DNA of 64,000 nucleotides. Source: Vicugna vicugna. Lineage: Eukaryota. The DNA lies in assembly GCA_013265495.1 (NCBI GenBank), contig MU057521.1:1748335-1812334 (forward strand). The letters run 5' to 3'. Positions 58,360 to 64,000 of the stretch are shown here, in pieces. The notes below the pieces were generated by a model that had not been told where the DNA came from, did not search any database, and saw only the letters and a list, made by a program, of their open reading frames with translations. The first letter of the stretch is position 1. Every line of letters begins with the position of its first letter. The position numbers were made by a program, and so were the translations under genes.

Positions 58360-59342
58360 AGAAAAGTCACTTGTGGGACAACCCAAGCACAAGGGTAGCA
58401 GGTGGAGAATATCAAGGTCTTGGAAGGGTTTTTGACACAAAGAGAATATTGATTTCTAGGAAAGGAAAGGGGCCCTTCCCTTTGGAGCCAGCGGGGGTCA
58501 CGTCCTAAGAGACTGGGAGAGCGCCTCCCTCCGCAGGAGCATGGCGCCCAACCCCAGCCTCCTGACCACCCCGTGGTCACACACACTCCTCTCTGCGTCT
58601 CACAGGATACGTTTCCGGGGGCCTCCAGCCAACCTCTTGACTCTCTTCTCTTTGCCAAATACAAGGGCCAGTTCTGCCTCCTTCTGACCTCTCTGAAGCT
58701 GCTGATTCAGTGAATCACTTTCTATCCTCATTGTCTTCCCCACTCTTGGCAGGCTTCCTTACAGAAAAAAAAAAAAGAAAAAAAAACTCTGAAAGATTAA
58801 TATTGACCACAAAGGATATGTTTTTCCACTTTTTTTTAACATCTCATTTTTCAATCTTAATTGATTCAACTTGCTGCAACTATAATACATTACAATTAAA
58901 TATTAGAGTCAAGAGCTGGGGACAAAAGGCAATATTGATAGGATGTATGTTAAATACTGAAGTTTTAAAGATAAAAATTAATTGCCTTATTGTTCCCTAT
59001 AGATGTGGAACCTCTCAGAACAGCACACTCCCAGGGGGCAAAAGCATTCATCAGCATATAGCATGTGCCCGCAGGATGGAGCCAAGTGTCCAGCACTCTT
59101 TGTGGCTTTTGTACCCTAGAGGGAGAAACTCAAGCAAGAGCCTGTGGTTCTCCCTCTAACAGCACCCAGGTGTGCAGGGCTGGGATATCCGGTGTCTGGA
59201 CTCATGAGAATTTGTCATTTTTACGGCTCTGCGGTGAGTTCATGTTGAGCAATGCTCTGCCTCCAGCTGCTGCTCCACCTGGATAGATGTCGGTGACGAT
59301 GCTAGAGAAATAATCAGTTACTGTTTGAAGGCAAATTCCAGA

Positions 59343-59348
<6 letters not shown>

Positions 59349-59390
<42 letters not shown>
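59349..59390. repeat. Perfect (CA)21 microsatellite
   Basis: Read directly from the sequence. Confidence 0.97.
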
Positions 59391-59392
<2 letters not shown>

Positions 59393-59849
59393 GCTGCCCA
59401 GGCTACAACTCAGCTCTAAGAGTTTTGAGGTCTTGGTAGAATGGCCAGGAGACTTTTTTGTCTAAAGAGGCTAAACCTGGTCATTTTTGAGGCTGACTCC
59501 AGTACACAAATGTAAAGAACGGTTTTGTTTTAGGGAAACCATGAAGTAAGCTGAATTCACGTTTAGGGGAAAGAGTCTGCTGTCTGAGACCATGAAGCCA
59601 TACCCCGCCCCCAAGCCCAGCAGTACACGTGCCCCGCCTGTCATTCCCTGAGCTCCTAGCCTCGTCTGATGGTTCCTGTCAGTGTGCATCTCTCTTTTTT
59701 ATCAAGCAGCTTGAGATTTAGAATAAATGCTCTTTGTTGTTTAACCCAATTAGATTGGGTTTTGGTTATTTACACCTGCAAGCAGCCCAACCTGTAGAAA
59801 CTCACTCGGAGGAGAAACGATGAAAAAGCCAGGCCTGAGTTCACCTCTT

Positions 59850-60088
59850 GTCTTCATTTCTAGTATTGCCGTGATAAAGTACCACAAGCCAGGTGGCTTA
59901 AAACAGCAGAAACTCCTCTGGAGTCTAGAAATCTGAAATGAGGTGTATCAGACTAAGGGCCCACAGCATGACCCCATCTTAACTAACTACATCTGCACTA
60001 GCCCTATTTCTAAGAAAGGGCACGTTCTGAAGTGCTGAGGGTTAGGACTTGGCCATAGGAATTTGTGGGGGACACAATTCAACCCATA
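59850..60088 (-). mobile_element. MLT1-type (ERVL-MaLR) solo LTR, internally deleted
   Basis: aaagtaccacaagccaggtggcttaaaacagcagaaa...catcttaactaactacatctgca...gggggacacaattcaacccataa. Confidence 0.8.
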
Positions 60089-60950
60089 AGAGGGCCTCTC
60101 CAAGGCCCTCCTGTGACAATAGTTTGACTGCTGTCAGCAACAGCGGGAGGAAACTCTGTGGGAGCCAGGAGGCCCAGCCATCGGAGTGCTCTCATGGGTA
60201 CTTGGATCTGTAATTCCCGAATTGCCCGTGTCCGAGCTCACTTCGCTGAGTCTGCACCACTCGGATGACTGTTGCTCCTAGAACTTGTGCTGGTTGGTGT
60301 GGGTGTCACTGGCAGTGGTGCACTGGAGCCATGGAGCCCAGGGATGGACAGGACGGGAGGGTGAAACCCAGGGTCCGAGGCTTTGTGCAGGAGACCGGAA
60401 ACATCCTCATAGCATCTCTCCCCCCCTCGACAGCTCGCGCACACGCCCCTTCCAGGGATGGGTCAGGAGCAGCCAGTGGGCAACAGGAACGAGGCCAGGG
60501 CCCCACCCTGGAGGTGCTGAGTGTTCTTCCCACCATCCCGGCTCCAGCCTGTGTTCCTGCTGACATTGGGGGTGACGAGAACCCTGGGCTGGGCATGCCC
60601 ACGTTGTCAGAGACCCAGGGGTAAAGTGTGCGTCTGTGTTTTGGCTGGAGAGGGGAGGGAAAGGGCCTGACGACGAGAGCTGTGGGGTTGGCTGTGTGCG
60701 GAGCCCACACGGTGCTTCTGATGCTCCAGGAACCAGAGCACAGGCTGGGACAGGAGGTGGGGCGGGGTCAGCTGGGGTTCTGGAGAGGGACTAGGTGCAC
60801 TGGGGGCTGGGCCTTGTGCAGGGAGAGTCAGGGGTCAGTCAGACTAGGGAGCCTGAGAATAGCTACTCCCGGGAGTGAAGGGCAGTTGAGACGAGTCCTA
60901 AACAAGCATTAGAAGCGCACATCTGATGGGCTGTGCGTGTGTTTTCCCCG

Positions 60951-61125
60951 CAGTGGTTCTCGACCCCTGCTACGTGTGAGACCATTTGGGGAGTATTAAA
61001 AAATGCTGATGCCGTGGTCGCACCCCGAGGAATTCTGATTTAACTGGCCTGGGGCAGGACCTACATTAGTATTTTTTAAAGCACCCCAGGTGATTAAATT
61101 GTGCAGCCAAGGTGGAAAATCATAG
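60951..61125 (+). mobile_element. MER5-type hAT MITE
   Basis: cagtggttctc...aaaaatgctgatgcc...ttctgatttaactgg...ccccaggtgatt...gcagccaagg. Confidence 0.75.
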
Positions 61126-62344
61126 TTGTTGAAAGACCAGAGGAGGAAATGGAGAGTTCTTTTTCCAACTCCAGGTGAGGCAAGGACTCAAGTACCACAT
61201 TTAACTCCACTGGCAGCCAGAGCACTAATTGTTCACAGAAGAGCAAGTTCTGACAGAGTCCTTCACCTCGGGGGCCTCCTTTTGGGCAGGGAGCACAGAT
61301 CCTGGCAGGGCTGCCAGGGCAGAGCCAGCTGGTCTGGGCGGCGAGGCCTCTTCCCTGGTAAATGGGCACTTCCTCTCGGAATTCCCGTGTCTGCAAGGGA
61401 GGATGGCAACCCTGACAGACCACAGCCAGAAAATAACACCAGCTCTAGGGTGGAACCAACTCACGTCCCCAGGTCCCCAGCCAGAGGGAAGACAGGTGGG
61501 CCCCCAAGCAGGCCCCAGAAGGCACCGTGGCAGAAGACCATAGGGACACCTTTGGGTGGACCCTGGGAGTGATGTGGGGGATGAGGGCAGAGGGTAGGTT
61601 GAGCTCTGTCCCTGTGGGTGGCTGACCCCCACGGAGAAAGCACCCTCCCATCTGACTCCTGCTCAGAAGGGGGAGCATGGGGCATCCAGCCAGTGCTTCT
61701 AAATTTTAGGCCTAGCTCTTCCTTGCAGGGCAAATTAATTAACCTTTCAGCCTTGGCGGGGTGGGAAAATACCAAGTCACCTCACAGCCTTTCCAAAGGT
61801 TAATTATTTCCCATTTCAGCGCCTCCGGGAAAGCACTGAGGTCCCTCATTGTGATCTCTTCCCCCGCCCTGTTTCCTCTCTCTCTGCACCCTTCCTTCAG
61901 GCATGATTTCATATTCCCTTGAATTAAATTCCAGCTATCTAAAATGGCAGAGCTGGCTTGAACTTAGAGGCTGACATTAGGAAAGCTCCAGTGTTTTTAT
62001 TCATGCTAGTCTCACCGAGTTAAAAGTCCAAGGCATCTTATAGCAGATGTGCCAATATTTGTACAGTGTCCTGTAGTTTACGAAGCACTTATTTGTCATC
62101 TCACCAAGTCATTAAATTCTGAGGACAGACATAAATAGATCTGGACCTCATACCATCTCTGCATTATTGAATACCCAAAGCTTCTCATCGCTAGACCGCC
62201 TTACAATGCGAGATTTTGGGGGCTTGAGGAACTAACTCCTCTTGATGGAATTCAAGTCAGAGCCGCCATACGGTGAACCTCAACTCTAAGGAACAGTGGT
62301 GGAGGGAGACTTCCTTGTGTTGCGCACAGGGATAGCCTTGCTCC

Positions 62345-62660
62345 TTTGCAGCCATCAGCATCACCTGGAGGGCGTGTGACCTGGAGGCCCACAGGGCCCC
62401 ACATGCAGAAGGACTCTGCAGTTAGGAGAATCACCCCCTGGTCTAATGCTCTGCTGTTGAAATTCTTAATAATTTTTAAACAAGTGGCCTTGCATTTTCA
62501 TCTTGCACAGGGCCCTGCAAATATTGTAGCCTGTCTTGCCTGGTAACTTCTTTAAAACGCAGAATCTCAGCCCCTGCGCTGTACCTGCTGATTCAGAACC
62601 CGCATTTTAACAAGATCCCTAGGTGATTCACATACATGTGGACATTTGAGAAGCACTGCT
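62345..62660 (+). mobile_element. MER45A-like hAT-Tip100 element (~62370-62538) nested inside a MER5A-like element
   Basis: Inner element: taatgctctgctg...ttgaaattcttaataattttt...cattttcatcttgcacagggccctgcaaat. Outer halves: cagcatcacctgg and cagaatctcag...attttaacaagatccctaggtgattc...tttgagaagcactg. Confidence 0.7.
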
Positions 62661-63730
62661 CATACTGCTTTGGAGTTGTTTTCCTAGAAGTTAGTACAAA
62701 AAGATGTTATTAAGAGGAGATTTTTTTTAAATTGGAAAGAGCATGTAGGACAATGACAGTTTTGACACCCTAAAGATCTCTCTCTCTCTTTTTTAATAGT
62801 CTTAAACTTTATATCTTGGAATGTACACTATCTCAAGTCGTTTCAGAAGATTCAGACAAGCAGAGATCTTGTCACAGAATGCTAGCAGGGAGCGGGGCCA
62901 AGCGCTGTTTTAACACAGTTCCTTCATTTTGGAGTCACAGCCAAATATTCCACACCCTGTTTCCTGGCCAGGACAACAGGGGAATTCCTTAGAGGGGGAT
63001 CCATCCTTGGCTTCAGTTTCACTCGATGCCACTGGAAGGCTTACTGGCATTCTAATTCCCCTGGAGCCCTGGGTAAGCCTCGAGCCTATACATTTTGGAG
63101 GTTGATGGGATTACCCACGTGGGCCCAGCACACCTGAAGGGCACGGCTCTCCCATCAGGCACTGTGGGACCCTAAGATGGCTCCTGAATCTTGGGGGTCG
63201 GGGAGAGAGGAGAAGGATACACATGCAGTCAGAATAGCTCCAACCCACCTGCCACACCAGCACTCAGCCAGCTGGGAATCACTGATAGAAACATCTGGGG
63301 TCAGGATCTTCCAGGCTTGAGATCTTTAAGTGGGTGGTGACATCTCGTGGTGGAACAGGTCCAGGCAGTGAAGGGCCACATTAAAGCAATGTCCTGGCAT
63401 CTCTAGCAGGACACCACTGTGCCCCGCCATGCACCTTCCATCAGCTCAGAAGGACTCACCCCCTCATCCTAAATCTCTGTAATCTGCAGTGTGACGCACA
63501 GCCTCTTGGACCACTCACCCTGAGCCATTGTCTGTCCGTGGAAACAAAGGAGCAACCATGCCATTCAGGACAGCTGCCCTCTCCACACCTTCAAGGGGAT
63601 TTACTACAGGTTTGCTCCCCTGAGGAACTCCCATATGAAATGATAAATATTCCTGTAATAAGGAACACTGGTTCATAAAAATAGATACCAAAAAGTTAAT
63701 TCACCAATATTCACTTTGTTTTAAATCTTA

Positions 63731-63925
63731 AGTAGAATAGTGGTTGCCGGGGGCTAGGGAAGCGGGAGGGGGAGTTAGTGTTCAACAGGGACAGAGCTTC
63801 ACTTGGGGAAGACAAAAAGTTCTGAAGATGGATGGAGTAATGGTTGCACAACAGTGTGGATGTGCTTAATGGCACTGAAGTGAACACATAAAAATGGTTT
63901 AAATGGTGAGCTTTACATGATTTAT
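63731..63925 (+). mobile_element. L1MB-type 3' UTR fragment
   Basis: agtagaatagtggttgccggggg...aaaagttctgaagatggatgg...tggttgcacaaca...cactgaa...aaaaatggttt. Confidence 0.8.
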
Positions 63926-64000
63926 AGTGCTGATTAATAATTCTCCAGCCGTCACCCTCAGATGACACCAAGTGCTAGCTGTCCCCTTTTCTTTGTGGGG

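Noticed and set aside
9990..63125. Scattered CACGTG E-boxes (tempting because PHLPP1/SCOP is linked to circadian biology)
   Set aside because: About a dozen unclustered hexamers in 64 kb is unremarkable, and the promoter is outside the window.
1..64000. Prokaryotic-type systems (CRISPR arrays, operons, defence islands) and the remaining 60-150 aa ORFs
   Set aside because: The window is intron-rich mammalian DNA with no regularly spaced repeat-spacer array. The short ORFs lack homology or splice support, and many start at non-ATG codons or lie in repeats.

Overview
Mammalian genomic DNA, most likely a camelid (two tRNA-Ala-derived Vic-1-type SINEs and a camelid-like L1 3' end). It contains the 3' two-thirds of PHLPP1 (PH domain and leucine-rich repeat protein phosphatase 1) on the + strand. 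I traced 11 coding exons (2046-46035) through GT-AG junctions with consistent phase. They give about 902 codons covering the LRR region, the degenerate PP2C domain and the C-terminal PDZ-binding tail (-DTPL). A ~1 kb 3' UTR ends near 47030. The remaining ~17 kb has no supportable protein-coding gene. Introns and flank carry ordinary eutherian repeats (MIR, L2, L1M, hAT/Tigger MITEs, MaLR LTR, microsatellites); repeat names come from recalled consensus sequences and their boundaries are approximate. I cannot support a new biological system here. The best leads are: (i) an orphan CpG-rich promoter-like element at ~51.7-52.5 kb with CTCF, NRF1-like, BANP/ZBTB33-like and kB motifs followed by a plausible splice path; (ii) two frame-preserving candidate microexons (15 nt and 24 nt) in PHLPP1 introns; (iii) a near-perfect intronic hairpin at 14744-14832; (iv) a 16-bp palindrome overlapping a miR-224 site in the 3' UTR. 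Exon numbers assume the 17-exon human model, counted back from the last exon.
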